Of a stretch of 64,000 nucleotides of DNA, positions 1 to 12,185 are shown one piece after another. Source of the stretch: Podarcis liolepis (taxonomy: Eukaryota); the NCBI GenBank assembly GCA_965112155.1, contig OZ218103.1. One strand, written 5' to 3'. A program made the translations under genes and the position numbers. The notes under the pieces are model-generated. The model saw only the letters and a program-made list of their open reading frames with translations. It was not told the DNA's origin and ran no database searches. The number at the start of each line of letters is the position of its first letter. Position 1 is the first letter of the stretch.

Positions 1-737
1 CCCTCACCAACCTGGAGGGAACTGAGCACTAAGGCACTGGCGGTGTGGGCAAGCGTGCCCCCCCCAAAAAAACCCCTCTGCAACTGAGTACATGAAATGG
101 AAGAGGCACACTTTATTCCATCTCAGGTCATTTGTTTCTGGGCACTTCATCAACTGGAGTAAGGGAGGGGGAGAAGGTGGTGGGTGGCCAACCTCTAGAG
201 AAGACCAAGTAGAATGAGATTTGCTGGTACACTGCATCCATCTTTATGTATAAAAAGAGACTTTTGGCACAGGGAAAACACTTTAAGGGGGCATAGAATA
301 AGAGTTAGTTTAAAGCTGTTTTTCCAGTAGACTTCAATTAGAATTGTTAGTGTATTTTTTCTGGTTTTTTGCAATTAGTAATATGTATTACGTTAGAAAC
401 CAGCCAACATACACATCTTAAGTTTTGTCAATTAGCGTATTTTGCTTTTCATTTAATAGTTAGATCTGGTCAGTCTGTTTTTCGTCATGCTTAAATTTGT
501 AATATTGGCTCACCAAGAGCAATATTTATTTAAACATATAGCCATAGTAATATATTATTATACTATGTGTTTTTCCCCCTTAAGGCAGGGCACCAGTGAT
601 GCTGATGGTGCCAGCTTAATCATGTCTACCAAAAAGTAAGTCCTGCTGAATTCAATGGGGCTTACTCATACATAGGTAGTGTTAGGATTGCAGCCTGAGC
701 TTTCTTTCTAAGAGATGAAACCACTGGTTTCATTCCA

Positions 738-1386
738 TGTTCTGACCTGATACAAAGTCCTTGGATGACAATCTGCATACCCCACCCCACCCCCAAGACA
801 AGGACCTTGAGGAGCAGGACAGGTCCTCTAAGTCTAATGGTGAGGATCCCCTTGAGGGGCTCTATGGATCGGTACCTGATGAGGAACCCCTGGAGCACTC
901 TGAGCAGAAGGTGCAGCAACCCTGCATTCCTCAAGAGGAAGATCACCAAAGTATTTGGGTCCAGGCCAAAGAACAATGGTGCAGTATGTGTCTGCAGACC
1001 CAGAGTAGCTAGTCTCCTTGTAAGTAAGGGATCTATTTGTGAGTAAGGCATACCTGTTACTCCACAGCTAGCAATATATAAGGCATCCCTCTTGAGTTGT
1101 CTAGTTGTTGGAAACAACATGGGTCTTTAGCTCCTTGTTCCTCATTCTAGGTTCTCTGTTTTACTGCACCTTGCCTGACCTCCCTGTTGTACTGACCTTA
1201 GACTATTTCCCCATCTTGTTTCTGGATGATGTTTGAACCTAGACTGATTCTCTGTGCTTGACCTTTGTTTTCCTGAAATGTGCTGAATCTGCAACCCTGT
1301 CCTTATTTGTAGTACTTGGGAGTACCAAGCTTATATATTTTGTAACTAGTACCCTAGCCCCTGAGAACATCCCCTGGAGAGTGACA
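738..1386 (+). mobile_element. Possible solo LTR (Gypsy-like)
   Basis: TG...CA ends, TATATAA box at about 1075, downstream pyrimidine-rich region with repeated TGACC motifs. No TSD found, so the ends are uncertain. Confidence 0.35.
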
Positions 1387-4300
1387 TAATCAGATATTCA
1401 TATCCTTCATAACTAAAGCAGTCTCTTTTTGGCAGGAACAGAAGAAAACTTAGAACAGAAAGGTATGTTTATTTTTAGAGGTTTGGTTTCCATGGATAAG
1501 CTGCCTTTGTTTATAAAACATGGGATAATTTGGCTTTTCTTCTAAAAAAATTTTTTTAATAAAAATTGGGGACACCACTAAAATAGTATGTCATCATTCT
1601 ATTGAAATGTTAGTGAAAACCTTTATAAATATAAATCTCCACCTTTAAGAAATAAGTAGTGAGACTATATGTATACTTTTCTTTATTTCGAGACTGCACA
1701 TTTCCAGGTATGGTATCCACAGCCAGCTAAGCATGGAGACAAGCCTAGGACACTCACATTCCAAGAACCACCACTCCATGCATTCCGACCTGCTGTCCTC
1801 AATTGACATTTGCAGTGAACACCTAAAGAAGATGCACTTTCCCATTTTCTTCTGTTGAATTAAAGGTTGACTGTTACCATTTTGGTGCTCAACAGATTTT
1901 TGCATTGCTTGTTTATACGTGAAAAGGGAATTCTATTAGTTAAAAATGAAAATGAGGAGTCTCAGGATAGTGTTTACAGTAATCCCTCCTCTTACACACA
2001 TTTGACTTGTGGAATTTCAAACATTCATCAATGAAGGTGGGCTGGTTGAAATTGTGCAAGTCAAGTCCCAGACAAAGGAGAGAGCTTAAAAACGCTTTTT
2101 GTGCCTGCTATGGAAAGAGCTTTTAAGCGCTCCAACTTGCTTGTGGAGCAAGGCCTGATCAGCATACCAACTCTGGAAAGCTGTGGGATCTTCCTGTGAG
2201 ACAGTGTGACTTCCCATGAGATCTCGTGTGAGCATCCCTGGCCTTCCAGAGTCTGCAAGAGAGCTTAAAAGCTGCTTTCACAGCAGGTAACCCAAGTGGA
2301 CCAAGCACAAAAAGGGTTTTGAAGCTCTCCACCTTGCTTGCTGAGCTTGGCACATCAGCTCTGGCAGTGCTAGGGATGCTCCCTCCCTCTCCCATTAGCC
2401 ATGGGGTGGCTCCAAGGGTTTGACTATGTGTGATTTTTGTGTATACTTGTGTAACTCTTAGAACTGAACCCCTATGTAAGATAAGGGATTTCTGTAGACA
2501 AGATAATGATCAGCACCATAGCGTGAGAGCTGAATTACTGATATTCCAAATGAATTTGAGGAAATCGTATCCTGAACAACCCTTGATGGTTACATATGAT
2601 TGTTACGCTTCTCAGCATACAATCAAAGAGCTATTTGCCTAACAGATCAAAACAAAAACCTGGACTAGTCCTTCCTCGTCTTTTAGATCACTTATGGGCC
2701 CCTCACTCTATTTCTATCTGGTGATGCAGAAAAGCAGAGATACACCAAGTGCCTGGGTAGGCTAGGATGTTGTTGCCATTTGGGACAGAAGTGGGAAAAG
2801 TCCTCCTCCTCACCCTATATCAAATTGTCCTCAGGTTTCTGTCAAAATACCAGTGTTAAGTAATTTAAAGACTTTAATACCATAGCAAGGCATATGAGCA
2901 TTTTATAATGAAGTGTAGACGCCAGCATGTGATACAAAATATTTGACCAGCAAGTGTGCAAGTTACAAAGTGGGCACTATCAGAAATGGATGGAAAAGTA
3001 ATTGTCAGCAAGATTATGTTCTAAATGCAGCTACATGTACTTATTTTAGATAGGAAGTCAGGGCTGGTGGTAGAGATCAGCGTGCACAGCGGAACTTCCC
3101 CTCCCTCTCCTCTCCCTGCGTGACACTGTGTCCACCTCCGCCAAAACTGCTCTGGGAGGTTGGGGTGAAATCCAGAACAGATTTGGGTATGAGACAGAGG
3201 GAGGAGAGGCAAGCGAAGTTCCACTGCGGAAGCAGAATTCCTTGTGCAAATGGGAAGACTTTGCTGGATATAACTTAATATCTAGAGGCATAGTTTTGCA
3301 TGTGGTTTACTGATATGCTTACAATACACTTACTGATTTTATGTTTAATAACATATGTATTGCCTCAAGTTCCGTAAGAAGAACTTGTTAAAGAGACATG
3401 GGACCTTTTAAGAAATCGAGGATGAGTTCGTTGCTCTCTCAGTTATTGATCACTTGGCTTGCCTATGAAAAGAAAGGCAGTTCATATATGCCAAGTTTGC
3501 CTCATTAATGTCATCATTATCTTCAGTATTTAGAGTTATAACTAGTATTTAGAGTTATAACTTACGCACATGGTATTCAGCAAAAAGAACAGCAGACCAA
3601 ATCTTACGTATAAAGGACTTCTGTCTTAAGGATTGTATAGAATCTAAGTAGGTACTTTGGGATTTGGCACAATGTTTATGGCCATGTATATCATTCTGGA
3701 GAAATACTAAGAGGTAAAAAGAGGTAAAAAGTATCCTGTTCTCTACCTCATAAGCTTAAAAAAAAAAGTTAAAGGCTCATACTGTGTTAAAGTGTGCGTA
3801 TAATAATTCCTACTTATGGCAAGGAATATATGTGTGCAGCATTCCTCTAGAGAATCTCAGCTTCCTGGTCCAATGTGTCAGATAAATAGGTTTTGTATGT
3901 GCAAAAACAGTGAAGTGTTTTACTAAGGAGGACCTCAGATACATTAGACCTATATTATTTATGCTAGAAAGCTACAACAAAGCCATGAAAGGGTGGCTGT
4001 CTGGGTGGCCAGCACAGATACAACTGCTTGACTGTGAAGTTGTTGCACTTCATCACTGTTAATAAAGCTCATGTTAAAAAGGTATCAAGTATCAGCTAAA
4101 AAGGAATTTGGTAGAACAAGAGTTTTAAAAATAACCTAAGGGCTAAAGCTTTGCTGGTTCCACAAGGGAAGTTCTTTCCTCTCACATTTCAATTTAATTG
4201 GGATTTAACTTCGACTTCCTGGGCTAACAACTGAGCGTGATTATCCGGTGATAAGTAACACCAAATCCAGCTGCATTTTTACTATCTGTAGCTGTAAAAT

Positions 4301-4588
4301 CAATGAACACTGAGTATAAGACTGGTATTGGTTCTTATTGTAACCCACAGAGCAAATTATGAGAGTTCCATATAGCTAGGTGAAGACAGCCATAGAGCAG
4401 TAAAATATTTGTCTGAGCAAGAGTTTTTCTTGCTACAAATACTGTAGCAAGTGGAGCCTAAGTTCTGCACTTGGAATATATTGTGCGAACAAATCGAACT
4501 GATTGTTTTTGCATAATGCTGGTTCTGTCAGCCAAGGAGCTCTACAGAGCACTGAAGCTCCACTCTAACCAGAACTCCAGTCCAGTCT

Positions 4589-4713
4589 CAAATAGGTAGC
4601 CGTGTTGGTCTGCCATAGTCAAAATAAAAAAAATTCTTCCAGTAGCACCTTAAAGACCAACTAAGTTAGTTCTTGGTATGAGCTTTCGTGTGCATGCACA
4701 CTTCTTCAGATAC
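4589..4713 (-). mobile_element. Penelope-like element terminal (pLTR) fragment in a ROR1 intron
   Basis: Flanked by the 15-bp direct repeat ACTCCAGTCCAGTCT (4574-4588 and 4714-4728); near-identical to the element at 51041-51400; contains a hammerhead motif. Confidence 0.85.
4676..4713 (-). ncRNA. Minimal type I hammerhead ribozyme motif, copy 1 (antisense to ROR1)
   Basis: Minus strand reads GUAU-CUGAAGA-A-GUGUGC(AU)GCACAC-GAAA-GCUC-AUAC: core boxes CUGANGA and GAAA, stem II, palindromic AGCU stem III, NUH site CUC, stem I GUAU/AUAC. Confidence 0.8.
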
Positions 4714-4766
4714 ACTCCAGTCCAGTCTGTTTAGGCTTTCTAAGATGTTGCCAGATATACTGCCCA

Positions 4767-4974
4767 CAGGGTTGGCCCACCCATGAGGCAAGGTGGGGCA
4801 ACTGCCTCAAGCAGCAGGATCCACAGGGGCAGCAGTTCCTGATGTAGATCTTTATTCCCCCTGTTCTTGTTCCTGATAGAAACCTTCACTCACTCTTTCT
4901 TCCCTGGCAGGGTGTGGGTGGGTGTGCCATCTTGTGGTTCTCCTCAGGTACCAAAATTACTTGAGCTGGCCCTG
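4767..4974. mobile_element. Non-autonomous hAT DNA transposon (MITE)
   Basis: TIR CAGGGTTGGC...GCTGGCCCTG with a perfect 8-bp TSD ACTGCCCA (4759-4766, 4975-4982). Confidence 0.85.
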
Positions 4975-5136
4975 ACTGCCCAACCTGTTTTCAAGGTTAT
5001 CCAGGCCATCATAAGAACTAGAAATTTTCAGGTTTTGTTTCTAGCTTTTATTGTAGTTTTGGTTTTCTGGATTTTGATTTGTTTTTAGATCTTAACTGAG
5101 ATCCTCAGAATATCAGTTTCTGCACCTGATGCCAAA

Positions 5137-5179
5137 TGAGATTAAGAGCCTCATGCTGTACCGACTGAGCTATCCCGGC
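5137..5179 (-). mobile_element. tRNA-Lys(CTT)-derived SINE head fragment (5' half only)
   Basis: Minus strand GCCGGGATAGCTCAGTCGGTACAGCATGAGGCTCTTAATCTCA resembles the 5' half of tRNA-Lys-CTT; T arm and B box are absent. Confidence 0.7.
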
Positions 5180-5973
5180 AGCTAATGTTCATGTGCTGAT
5201 GCAGCAAGCACATGAAATACAGAGGCTTTCATACAAAATACAAAATCCAGTAGCATGCACAGTGCTCAGCATTGATAGCCATAGCCTATTTGTCTTATCC
5301 TCGTGTTGAGTTGTAGCCAACTAAATTATACTCATTAGAATTCTACCCGTTAAAATGGATGAACCTGTGTTATGTCCATTAACTTCAATAGATCTACTCT
5401 GAGTAGAGATAGCATTGAATACACCCGTTGTACAGATTTCTTTATCCTAAGTTTGGGAGGCTAGCCATTCTCCAAGGGAAACCAGCATAGCTCCATCAAA
5501 CAAAAAAGCAAATTCTAGGTGTTTCTTGCCATTTTCATAATGTGAGCTTATGAGCTGTAGTTCATGTTCAAATATGATGTAAGAAAGCTGCCAGGAAAGA
5601 TCCAAGCAGTGTTATCAATGCTGCTCCATAACTGGTAACAGCTGCTGTTGATCTGACAGCAGCTACCATAGTTTTGTGCCTCCATGCAGAGCTGGAAAGG
5701 AAACCACTTCTGGAAAGGATGTGATTACTGCAAAACATTAATATGCAAAGAAGGAGGTTATTTTCAGAGGGCTAGATTTGGCCCGTTCTCACTACCAGCA
5801 CTGGGTTTGTTATCTAGAATTGTTGGCTGTATGGCTACAGAGTGGCGAGGGCTGTTTGTATTTACCTGGACAGCCTACTCGTCTGTATGACCAAGAGCTT
5901 ATCCAAAATATTTTTATATACTAAACATGCAGCCAGAATTGTGAATTCAAGGCAATATCCTGAAAACAGTTAC

Positions 5974-6022
5974 TTGGAGGGGGTTTTGTCATCTAGTCCA
6001 ACCCCCTGCAATGCAGGAATCT
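5974..6022 (-). mobile_element. CR1-type 3' tail fragment
   Basis: Minus strand GATTCCTGCATTGCAGGGGGTTGGACTAGATGAC is the typical CR1 3' end. Confidence 0.65.
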
Positions 6023-6905
6023 CAAATAAACATATTTAGGTGTTGGCCATCTGTCATGGATGCTTTAGCAGTGAAATTACCTTGCTTTGTTCACTGAAGA
6101 AATTGGATTTTTCATTATCTATTCTTCTAAGGTATCATATGAGCCATTAAATTATGTCAACATAGCATTATTATAGCTGTTTTATTACTTTATTTTGCTT
6201 TTTGATTCAGATAACTCATGTGAAACTACCTGCATCTTCAGTCAATAATAATGGGATCCTTATGGGATTGTGTCATTATCTAAAAGATTCCAGTGGACAG
6301 TAGATTTGGTAGTGACCACACATTCGGAAAGATACATTTTTGCAGTTTACAAAAGTGTAGTCTAATGTACCTGGTACAACATGCATTCAGACAATGTAGT
6401 GCCATGCAGGCTTTAGAAATATCACTTTATAAGTGGACAAAGCAAAAACCTAAGTTTCAGAACTGCATCTTAATATTATTTGTTTGTTTGTCTGTTTGTT
6501 TGTTAGATTTATATCCCACCATTCCTCTCAAAGAATCCCTGGCCACATATTAGCATACTTCAAATAATACAAAAACAGTATCTGAGATAATTTTCTCTCT
6601 CCCCTTCCAAAGTAAAATATAAGCTCTGAATTTCCAAATTTTTGTCATGAAACAGAGTGAGCATGTATTTTGTTTTAAGTTGGACACAAGTAACCATTTT
6701 GTACTCTTTTGGAAAGTATGACGGAATATTATTTATCCATTTGCATTAATGTTTTCTTGCCAAGCAAAAGCTTTTACATTTTACTCCGCATAGAGTTGGA
6801 ACAACATTACAGAATATGGCAGAGAGTTTAAGAATATGAAAATAAATCTTATGGTTCTAATACATGTGTGTTGGTATGTTCTGCTATATATAACATTAAA
6901 ATTAC

Positions 6906-7200
6906 CTATCTGAAAGCCCATAAAAATCTTACCCAATTGAACAGACTCTTTGCCCTCGTTTCATCTCTAGTTTTGTAAATCAAATGAATGCATTTCTTCT
7001 CAAAGTTCCTTCTATTTATTTCTTCTAAATTTAAAGCCCACTCACTTTCTCTGGCATGGCGCAGCATTTGCGTCCTAGTGCATCTCGCTGCCATTGCCAG
7101 GTCACTTCTTCCATCTCCCAAATGGCCAATGGGAGATGTCATATCCTCTCCCAGAAACCACAGATTTTTTGAATTTGGTCCCACCCTTAAATTGGACCAA
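6906..7200 (-). mobile_element. Possible degraded L1-clade ORF2 C-terminal remnant
   Basis: Minus-strand translation FLG...AMAAR...W...EK...W.RF loosely resembles the C-terminus of non-mammalian L1 ORF2. Confidence 0.3.
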
Positions 7201-7788
7201 TAGCGGGCAGCCCTGGAACAGGAAGTGGGAGTCAGACATAGCTGACTGGAGTCTTCACTCAGGTCTTCTTCCAAGCCATAAATTCCAGCTGCTATGGTAC
7301 CCAGCTCCTCAGTTAGAGCTGGATCTCCCTCCTTCCCTTCCTATACAGCAGGACTGTGACTCCAAGGGGCAAGTAAAGGGTATGACTTTGCTATGGAAGT
7401 ATCTGGTTGCCATATTTGGGGCCCGGGACAAAATTGGGTGAATCTGGGCTTTTTTATGCCTAACTCATAGCAATCGTCACAACATTTGGCAGATTAGACA
7501 TTGGGTTGGATCCTTGGTCAGGGTCAGAGGGGGTGAGCTGGAAGTCTCCACCTGCCCCCCTTCTAGGAAGTTGGGAATCCCTCTAAAGGGATCCTAGGGG
7601 AGACACTTCTTTCCAAATGCCCAGGGTTTTACTTGCCCCATATCTGATGTCAGGTATAGGACAGGTGAATGTGGCTCAGCCAAAACTACCCTGCAGGCCA
7701 AATGGGGAGGCCTGGTGGGCCTAATTAGTCGCAAAGGCTGGAGATTCCATAGAACAGAAATAAACCTTGCTGTGAAATGCTGTTTCCC

Positions 7789-7964
7789 AAGAAGAAGAAG
7801 AAGAGTTTGGATTTGATATCCCGCCTTTCACTCCCTTTAAGGAGTCTCAAAGCGGCTAACATTCTCCTTTCCCTTCCTCCCCCACAACAAACACTCTGTG
7901 AGGTGAGTGGGGCTGAGAGACTTCAGAGAAGTGTGACTGGCCCAAGGTCACCCAGCAGCTGCAT
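7789..7964 (-). mobile_element. 5'-truncated squamate tRNA/CORE-type SINE (Squam3-like) with (TTC)n tail
   Basis: (GAA)n run followed by atcccgcc...ctgtgaggtgagtggggctgagaga...cccaaggtcacccagc, a CORE-like sequence in reverse orientation. Confidence 0.7.
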
Positions 7965-8168
7965 CCCAGACTTTCTATGGCACTCGTAGCTTGAGGCAAC
8001 TGTAGATCTTTCCAGCTTTGAATATTTTTGTTTACTCACACTGTATATTTCAATATGCTGCTTAGTTTCTCCTGGTCCTTAAGGTTCCATGACACCCTAC
8101 TTCTTTACTGAGAACAGCCTCTACAGTGCTCATCAGAGTGTAATTAAGTTGTGCCTATTTGATTTTAG

Positions 8169-8296
8169 TGATGAATATGAAGAAGATGGATTTTGTCAGC
8201 CATACAGAGGGATAGCATGTGCAAGGTTTATTGGAAACCGAACCATTTATATGGAGTCCTTGCATATGCAGGGTGAAATAGAAAATCAGATTACTG
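8169..8296 (+). CDS. ROR1: ROR1 coding exon (equivalent to human exon 5), start of Frizzled/cysteine-rich domain: [42 protein letters not shown]
   Basis: Acceptor ttttag at 8163-8168, donor gtatgt at 8297; 128 bp; translation matches the ROR1 CRD start; phase joins the next exon (G|CT = Ala). Upstream exons are not recognised in the window. Confidence 0.97.
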
Positions 8297-9287
8297 GTAT
8301 GTAAAGTTTGCTTCTGTTTTCAACTAGATTGTCATCATTCTTGACCTTACCATAATCTACACTATAGCAAGCTTGCTTGGGATTTAGAATGTTTAATGTA
8401 CTCATAGGCAGCAGAATATATGGTTAGCTCTGTGTAAACATATTCTTAAGGAAAGAAACATTACAACTTTTGGAAATGCTACCATGAAAACGAAACTGAT
8501 GCTTAAAAAGATGTAAAATGAAAATATATTTGTATATATTTTTAAGCTTCATCAACTGTGTGTGTATTTTTACAACCATTTAACTTTATAATATATACAA
8601 AGGCTACAGACAAAGTTGCGGGTGCTTAAGTTCTATCGAAAACAGAATGGTAAATTTATAATGACTTAACTCCAGCTGCATTAAAGGGGTCTTCAATGTC
8701 ACTAGGGGTGAAGTCCAGTTGGTTCCCGTGCACTTACAAAAGGGCTTTTGCTCCTGTGAACACCTCTGCTAATAGAAAAGGATGGGAGATTATTATTGCT
8801 TACTCCTCCTCCCTGCAGGCCCCAAGTAACTCCCCCCCCCCATCAGCTCCAGAGAGTTGGAGAAACCTTCAGAACAGTGTAGAAAACCTTCTACACAGCA
8901 GCTGTAGGGTTCTTTTGTTAGTGAAGGTGGCCACAGTATCAAAAGCCCTTCCGTGAGTTGTGAAGACCATCAGTTGGATTCCACCCAATGTCTGCTTTAT
9001 AGACCAGTGTCCCTTAAAGCGGGGCTTCACAATTTGTCAGTCAGCCCATCAAACTCAGGCTTTGTATTGTAACTTGCTAGTTGCTTAACAACTACCCTGT
9101 TTCAGTTCCACACAGGCAGCAAAAGGAGAACGGAGTCTATAGCACGTGACCTTCAGCATGGTCAGGTCACAATTCATGCAGTGTTGTCAATATTCAATGT
9201 GAAATAATTTTTGAACATTTCAAACAGACTTTCATCTCCACATAGATAGACTTCCCATTACGTATCTTATTTTGGAAGTGGTTAGGC

Positions 9288-9730
9288 CATGGGTAAGCAA
9301 ACTAAGGCCTGCAAGCTGGGTCAGGCCCAATTTCCTTCTGGAGCTGGCCCGTGGACGGTCCGGCAATCACCGTGTGGACCGCCAGCGCGCATTCTTTCCC
9401 TCTCCCTCACACGGCAGCAGCGCCTCCTCTCTCCTCCTGGCTTCTCCCTGCTCTGCCTAGAGGAGGAAGGGGGCTGGGCTTTGTTGGTGTCAGCAGCAGC
9501 AGCGCTCGAGCGGCCACCATTTTAAGCAGCCTCTCTCCGGAGCCCTTTTGCGCGCCTCTCATCTTCCCCCCACTGCCAGCCCCTGCCACTCGCAAGACAC
9601 AGGTAAGCAGCCACCGGGGCTCATGGTGCTCTTGCATCATTTCCCCCCCCTTCAAAATATAGTCTGGCCCCGCCACAAGGTCTTAGGGACAGTGGACTGG
9701 CCCCCTGCTGAAAAAGTTTGCTTACCCCTG
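9288..9730. mobile_element. Non-autonomous hAT (Charlie-like) transposon, GC-rich interior
   Basis: TIR CATGGGTAAGCAAACT / AGTTTGCTTACCCCTG; flanking direct repeat GTTAGGC (9281-9287, 9731-9737). Confidence 0.85.
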
Positions 9731-9815
9731 GTTAGGCTATGAACAAGCATTATGGTGCTGAATTTGTCACTTCACATTGTATTGCCTAAACTTTTTTGGT
9801 ATGTGTATATTACAG

Positions 9816-10133
9816 CTGCCTTCACTATGATTGGAACCTCCAGTCATTTATCTGATAAATGTTCCCAGTTTGCCATTCCTTCACTCTGCCATTACGCTTT
9901 CCCATACTGCGATGAGACTTCTTCAGCTGCAAAGCCACGGGATCTGTGCCGTGATGAGTGTGAAATTCTGGAAAATGTCCTTTGCCAAACTGAGTACATC
10001 TTTGCAAGATCCAACCCGATGATTCTGATGCGTTTAAAGCTGCCTAATTGCGAAGATCTTCCACAGCCTGATAGCCCAGAAGCTGTAAATTGTATCCGCA
10101 TTGGCATCCCTATGGCAGATCCGATCAACAAGA
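9816..10133 (+). CDS. ROR1: ROR1 coding exon (human exon 6 equivalent), remainder of CRD: [29 protein letters not shown]...PMADPINK
   Basis: Acceptor tacag ends 9815, donor gtgagt at 10134; 318 bp; Cys pattern of the Frizzled domain; within ORF 9752..10141. Confidence 0.98.
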
Positions 10134-10356
10134 GTGAGTGATAGCTGTAAACTTGATGTATTGCATACAAAATATCCTACCCATCTTTGGATAGGACTAA
10201 ACGTCAAGAAGAATTAGTAATATGCTTTGTGGTCACAGAAGTTCATATTTTCAATTACTAGCCTGGTAGGAAGCCCCATTCATTATGCCAGAATCCATCT
10301 TCCAATGCACCCACCCGTTTGTTTGGATTTAGTTTGCAAGCTGCTTATTTAGAATA

Positions 10357-10574
10357 CAGTGGTACCTCAAGTTAAGAACTTTGTTCATTCTGGAGGTCCG
10401 TTCTTAACCTGAAACTGTTCTTAACCTGAGGTACCACTTTAGCTAATGGGGCCTCCCACTGCCGCTGGCACGCAATTTCTGTTCTCATCCTGAGGTAAAG
10501 TTCTTAACCCGAGGTGCTATTTCCGGGTTAGCGGAGTCTGTAACCTGAAGTGTCTGTAACACAAGGTACCACTG
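10357..10574 (+). mobile_element. Tc1/mariner-pogo (Tigger-like) MITE, family A copy 1
   Basis: TA|CAGTGGTACCT...AGGTACCACTG|TA; homologous to 26805-27046 and 56120-56334. Confidence 0.9.
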
Positions 10575-11221
10575 TAGTGCATTTCAAAATATAAATTAAC
10601 TATTATTATATTTTAAACTGCTTTTTGTACTATTCTTACGCCAGTTAGTGTCTGGAATCCAAAGCCTTGCTCATTAAAATCCCCATTAGCCATTCCATTA
10701 AAGTAAATGGCACTACTAATGATAAGTAAAGACTTCTTAAAGGGCCAAAGGTTGCTATGCAGTGCTTCTTTGCTACATTAGTAGGCCTGACTCCAGACAC
10801 TGAGTAGAGTTCATGTTAGATCACAGACTGATTAGAATTAACATAATATCAAATGGCTGTATTTCTAAGATAGCGCAACAACAATTGGATCTCACAGCTG
10901 CTCTTTACTTTCATGCCAAAGTAAGGGATTAATTTCAGGTTTCCAGGGCAGTTTTGATTTCTTATATGTCTTTTATTCTAAAATATTTGGGATAAGTGTT
11001 TTTTTATTTAATTCCCGAAACCTAAACTTTGTATGTTCTCAAGTATGTGAATGAATAGCAAGCCTAGCATTATGGCCTCTGCAAATTGAGAACCTGAATT
11101 AAATTGAAGGACACGGGTCAGCAGAATGATACTTTCTCTCACTTTCATGTTCTTACACCAATCAGTATGTGCACAATACCCCTCTGATTCACCACAATTG
11201 AACTGCTGTTGTCATTTACAG

Positions 11222-11467
11222 ATCACAAATGTTACAACAGCACAGGAGCAGACTACCGAGGGACAATGAGTGTCACAAAGTCTGGGCGACAGTGCCAGCC
11301 ATGGAATTCTCAGTACCCCCACACGCACACGTTCACTGCTGTGCGATACCCAGAGCTGAATGGGGGACACTCCTATTGTCGAAACCCAGGGAATCAGAAG
11401 GAGGCTCCATGGTGCTTCACCTTAGACGAAAATTTTAAATCTGAGCTTTGTGACATCCCTGCCTGTG
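11222..11467 (+). CDS. ROR1: ROR1 coding exon (human exon 7 equivalent), kringle domain: [14 protein letters not shown]...YCRNPG...WCFT...CDIPAC
   Basis: Acceptor AG at 11220-11221, donor gtaagt at 11468; 246 bp; kringle motifs YRG, CQPW, YCRNP, PWCF. Confidence 0.98.
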
Positions 11468-12185
11468 GTAAGTGTAGTAGAACTCTCCCATTTTGAAAGG
11501 GAAGCCCAAGTCTGGGTGTAGCAAAAGGAATTCTCAAAAACCACAGTTGACACAATGATGAGCCATGCCGAGGGTTCAGCCCTACAACAAAGATGAATAA
11601 GGTGCAGAGAGTTGAGGAGGACTCATATTCTGCTGGTGAGCAACCGTCAGGAGAGGTGTGGATGAGGAACATGAAGGCTTGAAGGCAAGCGACATTCCAG
11701 GCTTCATTATAATTACAAGAGTCTGATGGATCGTGTCTATCTTCTCATTGTTGGACTTCAAAGAGTTTGAGGCAGGGAAGCTTTCTTAATACTAAGCAGC
11801 ATCCACAATTCCTGCGTTTGATGGGAAACATATTGGATCTCCATGGAAGCTGCTGGCAGATTCTGGGAACTGTGAGACCACACCAGCCTGCTTATCAAAA
11901 GAGACCCATACACATACAAAGAAACATATTCACTTTCTACAGTTGCCCATGGGCTGTGTTGAAATTGCTTCTTGTGGCTGACATGCCAGTTTTACCACCC
12001 ATGTTGTTGTGAATTCTGCAGCTTGATACCATTTCCCCATCAGGTCTATAGTGCATGTGTCTGACTTCAATTATTATTTTATCAGCTTGGATGTTACTAA
12101 AAATAGCTATGTAAAAAGTAAGATGCAAAGCAGCCTCTCTGTTCCAGAAAAGTATATTACTTCGGACTGGAGAATTTTCAGATTA

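Noticed and set aside
662-1120. Overlapping ORFs including an acidic 83-aa peptide
   Set aside because: They lie in an LTR-like repeat and show no splice or homology support.
3525-3562. 19-bp perfect tandem duplication AGTATTTAGAGTTATAACT
   Set aside because: Ordinary local duplication with no sign of function.
5137-5179. Functional tRNA-Lys gene
   Set aside because: Only the 5' half is present; no T arm, B box or 3' acceptor strand.
8780-8860. Possible small ROR1 exon (Pro-rich GPPPTASPG-type)
   Set aside because: It lies downstream of the CRD-start exon, so it is in the wrong order, and the sequence does not match; the real small exon is presumably upstream of the window.
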